Assembly: GCA_043228905.1 (NCBI GenBank)
Contig: JBHGNT010000020.1
Span: 5,518,001-5,582,000, forward strand
DNA: 64,000 nucleotides
Direction of reading: 5' to 3'
Source: Azolla caroliniana
Taxonomy: Eukaryota > Plantae > Polypodiophyta
Under the pieces are notes generated by a model that was given only the letters and a program-made list of their open reading frames with translations, was not told the DNA's origin and did not search any database. This document shows positions 11,601 through 22,725 of this stretch, one piece after another (position 1 is the stretch's first letter; every line of letters starts with the position of its first letter). Both the position numbers and the translations under genes were made by a program.

Positions 11601-14600
11601 GCGCGTACCCCCTACTGCTAGGATGACCATGGCTGCGAACGGCGCATATCAAGCAGAACTGGCAAAAGAACATGATCACATTCCGGCGAGGGAAAACAAA
11701 GGTACGAGTAATGACGCAACCACGGATGATCGCCAGTAAGGAAGCAACTCCATTATATGCGGAAAGCATCAACATGTTGGAGGGATTACCAGACGAGGAA
11801 GTCGAGCGGTACCTCGAGGAACACCCACGAATCGTCCCACTATTTGAGGTGGATATCACGGTGGCAGTAGAACCGTACATTACGACGCCGGACGAACCGG
11901 ACCAAGCGGCGATCCGGGAACTGCGACAAGTGCAGGAATCCCTAGAGAGGGAAATGACGATATCCCAGAGGGTAAAAGCATCCCAACTAGAGGAGGTGAA
12001 CCTCGGCACAACAGACAAGCCCCGACCGGTAAATGTCGCAAAGGAATTGCCGAAGGAAGAAAAGAAGGCAATGATAGCATTATTAACAGACTTCAAGGAT
12101 GTGTTCGCGTGGTCGTACGAAGACATGCGAGGGCTGGACCCCCAGCTCTATCAGCACCAAATTCACCTAAGTATGGACGCGAAACCGATCGCTCAACGTA
12201 GGTACCGGATGAATCCAAATTATGCGGCGAAGGTGAAGGAGGAGATTGATAAGCTCCTCCGGGTCGGATTTATCCGACCGGTCAAGTAGGCAACCTGGCT
12301 GAGTCCGATAGTGGTGGTCCCGAAAAAGAACGGCAAAATCCTGGTATGCGTGGATTACTGAAAACTAAATGCCGCAACAGTGACCGATGCGTTTCCACTA
12401 CCATTTACGGACGGGGTGTTAGATGCGGTAGCCGGCCACGAAGTTTACAGCTTCCTGGATGGATTTAGCGGCAACAACCAAATACGAATGAACCCGACCG
12501 ACCAGGAGAAGACAACGTTCGTTACGGAATGGGGAGTGTTCGTCGCGGTCGTGATGATGTTCGGACTAAAGACGGCTCCAACGACCTTTCAAAGGATAAT
12601 AATGGAAATTTTCGGGGAATATATCCTTGGTTTTATGTAGGTCTTCCTTGACGATTTCGCGGTCTACAGCCGGCATGGAGAGCATCTCGATCACCTCCGG
12701 TTGTGCTTGGCGAAGTGCCGCGAGTACCGGTTGAGTCTGAACCCGGCCAAGTGCGTCTTTGGAGTGGCAAGCGGCAACTTACTAGGGCACGTGGTGAGTA
12801 AGGAAGGAATTGCGGTAGATCCGGATAAAGTCAAGGCGATTCTCGAGGCACCATCACCAAATAACGCAGAGGCTTTAAGCCAGTTCCTGGGCCAAATAAG
12901 GTGGCATAGCCGGATGATACGACACCTCGCAGACTTCGCTACACCATTACATACCGCCGTACACAGGGTACCCTTCCTATGGGCAGAGACGGAGGAGGAA
13001 GCCTACCAAGCGTTTCAAAGGTTATGCTGTCGCAAGCTCCGGTGGTGCAATTGCCGGATTGGAGTAAAAGCTTTCACGTCTTCGTCGACGCGTCGGACGT
13101 AGCAATCGGCAGTATTCTGATGCAACTCATGGAGCCGAAATGGTACCGACCGGTGTACTATGCAAGCCGGAAACTCTCAAAAGCCGAACGGAACTACTCT
13201 ACGACGGAACGCGAGGCATTGGGAATGGTGTATAGTGTCACAAAGTACAGGCACTATCTGCTCGGAAGGAAGTTTTCCTTGCATGTCGACCATTCGGCAC
13301 TACTCTACCTGGTCTCGAAGGCATCCCTGACGGGAAAAATTGCACGATGGACACTCCTGTTACAGGAATTTGAATTCGACATTTTCCACCGGCCCGGGGC
13401 GCAGCATGCGGTAGCGGACTACCTAAGCAGACTCGAATCCAGAGAAGTAGGGGACGGCGTCCAGGATGAGTTCCCCGACGCCGAGTTGTTCCGGATCACG
13501 ACGAAACCGGCAACGGATGCATGGTAGCCGATGAAGACACGTGGCTAATTGAGATGCATCAGTTCCTGAGCACTGGAATACCCCCGGAGAACATGGACCA
13601 CAATGAAAGGAAAAGGGTAGCAGTAAGAAGCAGACATTTCTGCTTGGTTGGAGACACCCTCTATCACAAGGGGGCAGATGGCATCTGGAGATGAGCAGTG
13701 CGGAGCGATGAGAAGGATCTAATCCTCAGGGAAGCCCATTGTGGAATTGCCGGCGGGCATTATGCCGGCAACGCAACCGCTCGGAAAATATGGCAGAGCG
13801 GACTGTGGTGGCCCACCACTCTAAAAGATGCCGTGAAGTATAGCAGAGAATGCGATTTGTGTCAACGACTGGGCCAACCCACGGAGCAGGCCCGGAGGCC
13901 ACACCACCCGGTCTTGCCATTGGAACCGTTTCAAAAGTGGGGTTTGGACTTTGTCGGTCCCTTCAAGCCACCGGCAATGCGAACCGGAAATCGGTATGTC
14001 ATAGTGGCGACCGACTATTGCACCAAATGGGTAGAAGCAAAGGCCTTACGGGACAACACGGCCGCGTCCACGGCAAAGTTCCTATACGAGTGCATATGGT
14101 GCTGGTATGGATGCCCAATCGAGCTTATAAGTGACCAAGGAGGACATTTTCTCGGGCAGGTAGTAGAAAGCATGACGTCATTTTACGCGGTGGTACATAA
14201 AAAGAGTACTCCCTACTACCCTCAAGCCAATGGACTAGCGGAATCAACGAACAAAACTCTGCAGAACATCCTACGAAAAATCGTCAACGAGAACCGGACC
14301 GACTGGGATACGAAATTGCAAAGTGCGCTATGGGCGTACCGAACAACGTACAAAACCAGCATCCGGACAACCCCGTTCCGACTAGCATTCGGTTTAGAAG
14401 CGGTCATGCCGGTAGAGTTCCAGATCCCCAACTTACGGATCCAGGTAAAGGAGCGCTTAAGTGAGAAGGAGTCCGAACGAATCCGGTTGGCGACGTTGTT
14501 GGAATTAGAAGAAAACCGAATAGCCAACTTACTACAACTCGAACTGGAGCAAAGGAGGAGAAAAGCTTTCGTGGACCGACACCGGCGTGGCAACGAAAAG

Positions 14601-15382
14601 GAGTTCGAAGTCGGGAAACCGGTGCTACTGTTCCACACACGGATGGGGAACATGCCGGGAAAGTTGCGGTTTCGGTGGACTGGACTGTTCTGGATCACCA
14701 AGGAGTACAATGGGTCGTATCAGCTCGGCACGTTGTCTGGAGAAGTCATAAGTAAGTGGGCAAATGGGTTTCGGCTAAAGCCGTGTAAGGGAAATATGCT
14801 AGCCAACCCGTTCAAGCAAAACCCGGAAATCCGACAAGATGAGGAACCGACACCGACAGACGCTGTTGCAGATATCCGGACCGAGGAAGAACCGACACCG
14901 ATACTGACAAAGACTATCCCGGAAAACCGACAGAAGGATCCGGTATTAGCGCAAACCGACCCGATCAAAGCGGGGGGGACCAGAAAATGACGTGGTCCAA
15001 ACAAACAGAAAAAAAAAAAATAAAAAAAAATCATAGTAGTGATGGGGAGATCACAAGAGGTGGGAGCGCCACCATGCAACGAAGAGGCGCCATGCAATAA
15101 AGAAGGACGGGCGCGTACTTGCTATTTAAAGCATGGAACGTGGGCACTCACACGCGGCAAGCACGAAAGGACATACTAATTATGGCGGGAGATGAACATG
15201 CGCGGGAAACGAAAAAGGGCGGCTCGAGGCAAAAGCCACTATATAAGACACAGGCCTGCGAAGGACTTACTTTTTACGAATTTTCCTACACACAGGCGCA
15301 GAAGCACAGAAGAGCGATCCGATGCACAGCGCACACACAGCCCGATCCCGAACAACAGACAACAGAAGAAGAAGTCGAACCA

Positions 15383-18262
15383 ATGGCACTGTCGGAGGAG
15401 GCACGCCAATGGATGAGGGAGAACGGGTTAAAAGGATTGCTACGGATCGCCGACGCCCCACCACAGGCAGAACCAGAGCAGGCGGCAACATCGATTGATT
15501 TATCAGAAATCACGGAAGGAGCGGTGCAGGCGCTCACGGGGATAAAAGCAGGAGGACTTCAAACAATCGAAAACCCTTCAAGTGAAATCCTGTTCGAATA
15601 TTTCGGTGAGTATTCTATCAGCAGCAAGGCGTACTGAACACAAGGCGGAGAGAACCTGCTGTTCGGAGAAGTGGCCCGCGCCATGATGGAATACGGATTC
15701 GTGAATCCTCGTCCCCCGGCCATAGCCAGGTACCGGGCAGCGTTCTTAATTGCAACGTACGAAGGATTACAAGTGGACTGGCTCCATTTCATAACCGAAG
15801 GATTGAAGGAGGCCATCAAGAACCTTGTGGAAGGAAAAAAGCCATGGGCCGGGATAGCACAATGGCTAACGGTGTTAGTCCCACCGGTGCTCCCCATCAA
15901 ACAAAAGAAAAGAGGTCGGCAGGAGATGACGCCGAAAAAGGTCACAAAGTGCTGACATATCCTGGAGAAACACACCCCCGGATGGACCCAGGAAGAAGCA
16001 GAACAGCGGGGGGAAGGACCATCCCGACAGCAACAGGAACCGGCAACAAAGGCAAAACCGGCAGGAAAAGGCAAAGGGAAATCGGCCGAGGAGGAACCGG
16101 TAGCGCTCAAACCAATCAATATAACACTGCGACGGCCGGAACCGGAACTAGAGGTCTTTATCCAAAAGGTCCGTCTGGTAGCCGCACCGGAGGAGGAAGC
16201 TGAAACAGAAGACTCATCCGAACCACTGGTAAGACTCCCAGCAAGACAAGGTCGGGAGAGACGGGCGAAAGGACCGGCTCCACCAGTTGACAAAACTCAG
16301 CAGAGGGCGCAAGGACCACCTCCAGTAGCCGAGGCGGAAGCAGTACCGGAACCCGTACCGAGGGAAGCAGCACCGACACCGGTTTTGCCGGACTTCAGAG
16401 AACCGGTCATCCCAGAGAAGAGGAATGAACAAGCGTCGGAGCCAGAGAAAAGGCCGGAAAAACAGCCTGAGTTAAGGAGTAGAAGTGAGCAAGGCTACCC
16501 CGACACAGGAAGCACAAAGCCACAATGGCTGAGATGGCTTTTGGAGCAGTTATCGGGAGTAGCGGACCAGTTAGAGGAAGAAGAAACGTGTAGGCAACAT
16601 CTGACGCATACAACAACCCAGGAGTTGCTCGCGCTCCGAACACAGATCGAGGAATTGCAAGGGGAGCTGTTGCAGGCAAGGGAAGGAATTCAACAAGCAC
16701 AAGTTGTCACCGAGCCGGTCGGGACAACAAGGAAGCAACCGGAACCGGTAGCCTTGCAAACTGGCCTTGAGACCGAAAAAATAATAGAAACCTTACGAGA
16801 GGAATTAAAAGCTCAGGAGGCATTAAGGGAAAAAGAAAGGGAGCAGCGGAAAGCGGTGGAGGACGACAAACGGAAAATGGAAGAAGGCCTCCGGAAAGGC
16901 CGAGCCACTAATGACCGACTGCAAGAAGAAAAAGAGAAGCTGCAAAAGGAGAAGGACCGACTGCGTCGACATGCCGAGCAGGAGATAGAACGACTGCAGG
17001 AAGAACTCCGACAACAAAAGAACCGGGATGACCGGTTAAGAGCTCAGGCAAACCGACGCCTGAAGCAGAAGACGGAGGACTTCGACCGTCTCTACCGAGA
17101 TCACAAGCAGGTCGAGTCGGACAACAAGAAACGGGCAGCAGACTACGACCGGCAAATAGAGAAGCTGAAAGAACAGCTCAAAGAGACCCGATTAGACCTG
17201 GCTAAGACAATGGATGAGGTCAGTGCCAAAAAGGAAGCATTGTCGGCGGAAATAACCCAAGTGACGGAGAGAAGGAAGGAATTAGAAGCGCTAAGGCGGG
17301 AAAAGCTGGATCTGACCAAGATCAGGAATGAAGAAAAGGAAAGATCGACCTTCACGATCAACAAACTGCAAAGTACCTATGAAAAGCAGAAAGCGGATTA
17401 CGAGGCCTAGGCTCAGATAATGGTCGACATTATAAAACGGGCAAGGAAGGAAAAGCAAGAAGCTTATGCGCATGCTAAGGCGGGGGTTGACCGGATCAAG
17501 CTCATCATGTCAGGTTGGAGTACCCGAGCTCAGGCAAGCATCAACGAAAGTACGGAAAAGCTATGGAAGGAGTGGTCACAACAGGCAGCCGAGCTGCAGA
17601 CACTCCGAGCTGATGCCGAGAATCGGAGGAAGACCGGTGACAAATTCTACAAGATGGATGAAGAAAGTATCGTCGCCATTCGGGAAGAATTGTGGGAGGA
17701 TTTCTACGCTTTAGCGGAAGAACATCTCAAAGAAATCCGAGGGTTGGTAGAGAGGTTGGATGACGGGCAGCTCGCAACTCTGTTGGAGTTGGAGAAATAC
17801 GAGCAGAACCGGTTACGACAGGAAGCCAAGGGAAGAACGACACCAATCACTATAAGTGAGGGAGAGCGACCGGCTGAAGTTGAACCAACCGACACCGAAC
17901 AACCCCGACAAGGAATACCCGAAGAAGAACTTCCGTTCGAAGGAAATCAAGAAGAGCAGGAGCAGACCGATGCCGGAGAAGAAGAAGAGCTGAGACCGGA
18001 AGACACCAGAGCAGAGGAAGAAGGCGCACCGAGCCGACCAGTCGAGATCGGAGAAAGCGACACTGGTAACAGAACAGAGCCTGGAACGGAGGGAGAACAG
18101 GAAGAACCCGGACGGAGCGGTGAGGAAGCACCGGCACCACAGAATCAAGTAGAGCCGGAGCAGCAAATTTTTACGAAACAGCCAACCCAACCGGAGGTCG
18201 GAGACCAGGCAGGCAAGGAACAGGAATTGGAGGAAGAAGCACCACTTGACCCCATCGAGTAG
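15383..18262 (+). pseudogene. Family-B extra 3' ORF (~959 aa ancestral; globular N-terminus, long coiled coil, acidic tail)
   Basis: ORFs 15119, 15671, 16385 and 17420 share one frame, broken only by TGA 15635, TGA 15953 and TAG 17408; the duplicate unit has CAG at the last site. Confidence 0.85.
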
Positions 18263-18342
18263 AGTGTGCTCGATATTTTGGAGGAAGAATGAGGCCGGGA
18301 GTGGATTCGAAGTGCAAGGCACTTTCCCACGGGCGTGCCATG

Positions 18343-18725
18343 TGTTGACCGGTCAGAAGAGCAAGGACAAGTGGGAAGGCGGAGTCGGATCAGAAGTAAA
18401 TAATAGTATAATTATTATTCAGAGGGACGGATCCGGTACAGTTGTACCGATCCGGATCCGGACCGATTCGGATGCCGGTTGCCTAAGCGCACCGATTGTA
18501 ACCTTGTCGGATGCCTATAAAAGGATCTGATGATTTGTAAAGGTTTTGACGGAAGTAATACAAATAGAATTATTGCGTGTTTATTTGTATCTCTGTATTG
18601 TTTTACCGTCTGTGCTTAATTGTAATCATCTTACGCGTGTAACCTAGCGTCCAATCCTTACCACCCCTTTGGAGAAGTGTCGGATAGACACCTGTGTTGA
18701 GGCTAGTCCGGCCAGGCAGACAACA
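18343..18725 (+). repeat. Family-B LTR 3, followed by a second PBS and ~230 bp of leader
   Basis: 383 bp; 18726-18958 aligns to 3543-3776. Confidence 0.95.
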
Positions 18726-19070
18726 CTATTTTGGCGACCACGATTCCTGCAAAGTGCAGAGGACAACCGGGGGATGGATGTCTAGACCAAACGACGACCA
18801 CATCACTGAACGAGGGAGACGATACACCGAACGAGAGCAACGATGGGAAGCCCTGCAGCAAGCCGTCGACGAGATCCGGCGAGATCGGTCATTCTCCAAA
18901 ACTCTTCGGAGAGTCGCAAAAGAAGTACTGCAGTTCAGGGTTCTGCAAGTCCCCGACGTCTAGTCCGGCCAGGCAAACAACAGGCGCCGGCGAGGCGACG
19001 ACATCCAGCGACTAGATAAATAAATATATAAATATATATATACACACACATATATATATACATATACAAG

Positions 19071-19143
19071 GAGGGCAAGTAAGGATTCAAACCTTGCACC
19101 TCCAAGTTAGGAGTCAATTGGCTTACCACTAAGCCAAGATATT
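19071..19143 (-). promoter_or_regulatory. tRNA-like Pol III A-box/B-box cassette inside a family-A LTR
   Basis: Minus strand TGGCTTAGTGGTAAGCC...AAGGTTTGAATCCTT with tRNA spacing; homologues at 22168-22240 (-), 25141-25208 (+) and 49988-50055 (-). Confidence 0.7.
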
Positions 19144-19949
19144 TAGTTAAAATTATATTTCTATCATTGTACTTTTACATATAAACTCTTATATGTGAGA
19201 GCTAAAATGAGTGACATGGTTATCATGCACCACATGTAATACATGAGCGCCAAATGGCAAACATGCATTTTATGCATGTCTTGAACCCTCAAATGCATGA
19301 GGGCATCTATAAAAGAGGGAATGAAAAAGATCAAAGGGGGATTTTCTAGGGGATAAAAAGAAAGCTTTGTACTTTAAATCAAGATTGATATTAAGAAAAA
19401 AAATTCGTTATCTTTTTGATGATATACCTTGTTCTTGAAATCTAATGTCAAGAGTTCTTAATCTCTCTCTCAATCTAAAATCAAGCATTCTATCTTTTCT
19501 CAATCTCTCTCTTTCAATCTATCTTAATTCCTTTCTCGCTAAAGCTAGTGCCAATGTCGAATCCTTCCGGTCTAGAACCCCGGCGGTTCCGCCTCGCAAT
19601 TCGCGCCTAGTGACGGATCTTCACGACATCGTACTCCGACATCTTCTTCTTTCCCTTCTCCTTGCGCGTAAACCGTCTCCGACATTTATACCCTTTTTGC
19701 TCATCCAAGTAGCCCACCAGGATACAATGTTCGGTTTTCGCGTCTAACTTCCTTCATTTTTCCTTCAGCACGTGTACATATGCTATGCTTCTGAAAACCC
19801 TTAAGTGTGCGAAGTTCGGAACAATAATTGTCAGAGGGATGGAGTTACCATAGAAATTTGATAGACAATATGTTACATTTATCGACTATTATGGATAGTG
19901 TTATAGACATGTCTGAATCCGCTAGAACTGTCCGACTCTACACAATACA

Positions 19950-20064
19950 TGTCGAATATGGGAAATAATGGACATATTCACACTGTCCCATTTAGACATA
20001 CTAGGTTTTAGGCTACTTATGTAAATAGTGGAAAGGGTAGCTGCCCTAACTTCACTCTAGTATA
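19950..20064 (+). repeat. Diverged partial LTR related to copia family C
   Basis: TGTCGAATA...TAATGGACATATTCACACTGTCCC...AAAGGGTAGCTGCCCTAA matches 6050-6150. Confidence 0.7.
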
Positions 20065-20249
20065 ACAGATTCTGAGATCTCAGTTTAGCCGAAATCTTCG
20101 GTCGAGCAACTCTCACAATACCATATTCTCCTGAGAAGAAACAACCACGGGTCTGCACTTCATTGTGTTAAATCACCTCTAGAGTAAGCCAATCGATCGC
20201 TCTTTGTCTCTGTGATTGTAATCACTCAAAGTGGGATTCCAAATTTGAC

Positions 20250-20867
20250 GGCGATTAAATAATGAAATGGGTGGACTCGAAGAATTGCACAATAAAGAAT
20301 CAAAGCTCTGGTAGGAGGTGAAGTCACGATACAAAGCATATGCGGCCTCCAACACAAACAAAATTTTGTACCTCAAGACGGCCATCCAGGAGATGCAGAC
20401 GGGCACAGAGATGAACATAGAGCGCATAAACATCCTCCTAGCAACGAACTGTGAAAGATTCTCGCACCATCTTAAAGCGGTGTTGGATAGATGATGGGCC
20501 AAATGGGCAAAGCAAGCTATAGAGCTCCACACATACTAGGCCGACCAGGAGAATCGGCAGAAAAACGATAAGGGTTTCTACAAACTTAACGAAGAAAGCA
20601 TTGCTATGGTCCGTGAGGACCTTATGCAAGATTATCGAGCCTTGGCCGATCGCCACTCCGAGGAGATCGCGCTATTGCTAGAGGAATTCGTAGACCACCA
20701 GCTCGACACCTCCCTCCAACTCCAGGCATACGAAAATGAGCAGAGGTAGGGAGAAGACGGAAAAAGGACAAGAGCCCATGATCAACAACGAAGAAGAAGG
20801 TCCACAAATTAAGCAGACGCATGAGGCTGAACCAGAGCCGATAGAACCCACTGACCAGGCCCTGATC
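20250..20867 (+). pseudogene. Fragment of the extra-ORF C-terminal half from a diverged family-B relative
   Basis: WAKWAKQAIELH...ADQENRQKNDKGFYKLNEESIAMVREDL versus WKEWSQQAAELQ...ADAENRRKTGDKFYKMDEESIVAIREEL; left boundary approximate. Confidence 0.75.
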
Positions 20868-21611
20868 CTTGTGACTGGAGTAATAGATCGGTCGATACCA
20901 ATTAGGCTCAATAAGTTGCATTAGTGTGCTACCTATTGCTATATCTGAGGCATCCACGAATACGTGGAACGGTCTCGTTCAATCTGGAGGTTGTACGATG
21001 GGTGCTTGGGTTAGCATTATCTTGAGCACCTCGGACGCCTTATCCTCTATTGTCGTCCACTTGAATGAAAGGAGTATGATGTACGGCGGCGTGCAGGGGA
21101 GTCGCGAAATCCGCCAAGTACCCTAACATACGGTTGTGCCAACATATTTGCCCTATGAAGGAGCTAAGGCTTTTTGCATTAGTGGGGGTTTTAATTTTGT
21201 TAGAATCTACCATTATCCCCTCTTTACTCACTATGTGACCAAGTAGTGCTCCGTTGGTTACCCCAAATGCACATTTGGCCAGGTTAAGGTTGAGGCGTGA
21301 GGTACAACATCGTTCCAAACAGAGCCATAAATGGCCCAAATGTTCGTCTCACGTCCCATACACCGCGAAGTCATCAAAAAAAACTTGCATAAAAGCAAGT
21401 ATATATTCTCCAAAAATAACTGTAATCGTCTGTTGGAAGGTGGCGGGTGTCGTCTTCAGGCTAAACATCATTACTTCGGCGACGAACACGCCCTAGTCCG
21501 TGACAAATGCAATTTTCTCTTGGTCATCCGGGTGCATGTGTACCTGGTTGTATCCGCTAAAGCCATCCAAGAAATTGTACATGTCATGGTCCGTGACCGC
21601 GTCTACTACGC
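20868..21611 (-). pseudogene. Family-B-related RT/RNase H fragment, inverted
   Basis: FLDGFSGYNQ, LNLAKCAFGV, DASDIAIGSTLMQLIEPNWYRPIYYSSHK on the minus strand. Confidence 0.88.
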
Positions 21612-22707
21612 TGTCGTGAAGATTTTCAGCGATAATCGAGTGTGGTTCTTGTCACGAAATATAAAACAATAATACTAAAGATACTATTTTAAATAAGTTT
21701 AATATCCTGGTACAAAAAGATTGAGGTCTTGAAGAGCTTCTGAATGTACTTTACTACGTAGGAAACGGACATCTAAGTGTCAAGTTATGTGGGTATCAAA
21801 TTTGCAAAGAAGAAAAGAAAAATATGTGTCCCACATAGACAGGACAAATAAAGATCCCACCATATATAAGGCAAAGCAAAAGCTATTATCTTTGTCTGTA
21901 TGTGTGGAGAATAGAAAGGTTAAGTTGTATAACTTAACGAATAGATGTAGCCAAATGCACATAACTATGTGTTTTGGACGAATCCGACGACGGCGATCGA
22001 CGGTAACCGGCGGCATCCAGAAATGCATCCGGCGACGGCAACCGACAGAGCCGGCGAGATCGGCATCCGGCAATCGACGGAGCCGGCGAAACGACGACCG
22101 GACGGAGAAACGCGTTGTAAAAATACATTAATAATAAACATATATATGTATATATGTATATTCAAAAGGAATGCAATTGAAGACTTGATCCTTGCACCTC
22201 CACATTGAGAGTCTATAGACTTACCACTAGGCTATGAAATTTCCTTAGATTGTTTTTCTTATCATTATAGTTTTACATGTAAATTCTCATATTAGAGATT
22301 GATTGAGTGACATGTGATGCATGAGCGCCAAATGGCAAACATGCATTCCATGCATTGTATGCATGTCTTGTACTCACATGCATCATATGCATGGGAGCAT
22401 CTATAAAAGGATGGATGAAAAAGATCAAAAGGATGCTATGTATTATTCAAGAATTTAAGAAGAAGAAGATTCGTTCTCCAATTGATGGTGTATCTTGTTT
22501 CTTAAATCGAACGTCAAGGGTCCAATCTTAAGCTCTCTCTCAATCTAAAATCAAGCGTTCTATCTTATCTCAATCTCTCTCTCTTCCAATCTATCTTAAT
22601 TCCTTTTTCACTAAAGCTAGTGCAACTTCGAATCCTTCCGGTCCAGAACCCCGGCGGTTCCGCCTCACGATCCGCATGTAGTGACAGATCTTCACGACAT
22701 AATTAAG

Positions 22708-22725
22708 TGGTGAACCCGACATGAA
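22708..22725 (+). promoter_or_regulatory. Primer-binding site TGGTGAACCCGACATGAA (tRNA-Trp-like)
   Basis: One mismatch to the complement of the plant tRNA-Trp 3' end (...TTCACGTCGGGTTCACCA, recalled); 8-nt spacer after the LTR. Confidence 0.75.

Larger units (their letters stand above)
3993..14990 (+). pseudogene. Family-B gag-pol (gag, Zn knuckles, PR, RT, RNase H, INT), with stops, frameshifts and the copia insertion
   Basis: CYYCRKEGHYSNQC, IIDGGSGVNVI, FPLPFTDGVLDAVAGHEVYSFLDGFSG, FLDDF, VFVDASD, WGLDFVGP, PQANGLAES; gypsy domain order, no chromodomain. Confidence 0.93.
1392..18982 (+). mobile_element. Tandem array of an Athila-like non-chromovirus Ty3/gypsy (family B) with shared LTRs
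   Basis: 383-bp LTRs at 1392-1774, 3160-3542 and 18343-18725, plus the last 23 bp of a fourth LTR (18960-18982). One TSD GGCGC (1387-1391, 18983-18987) flanks the whole array. Confidence 0.93.
805..19628 (+). mobile_element. Family-A gypsy solo LTR (805-1391 + 18988-19628), split by the family-B array
   Basis: 12-bp terminal inverted repeat TGTCGTGAAGAT...ATCTTCACGACA; 4-bp TSD TCGT (801-804, 19629-19632); collinear with the LTR at 21612-22699. Confidence 0.92.
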
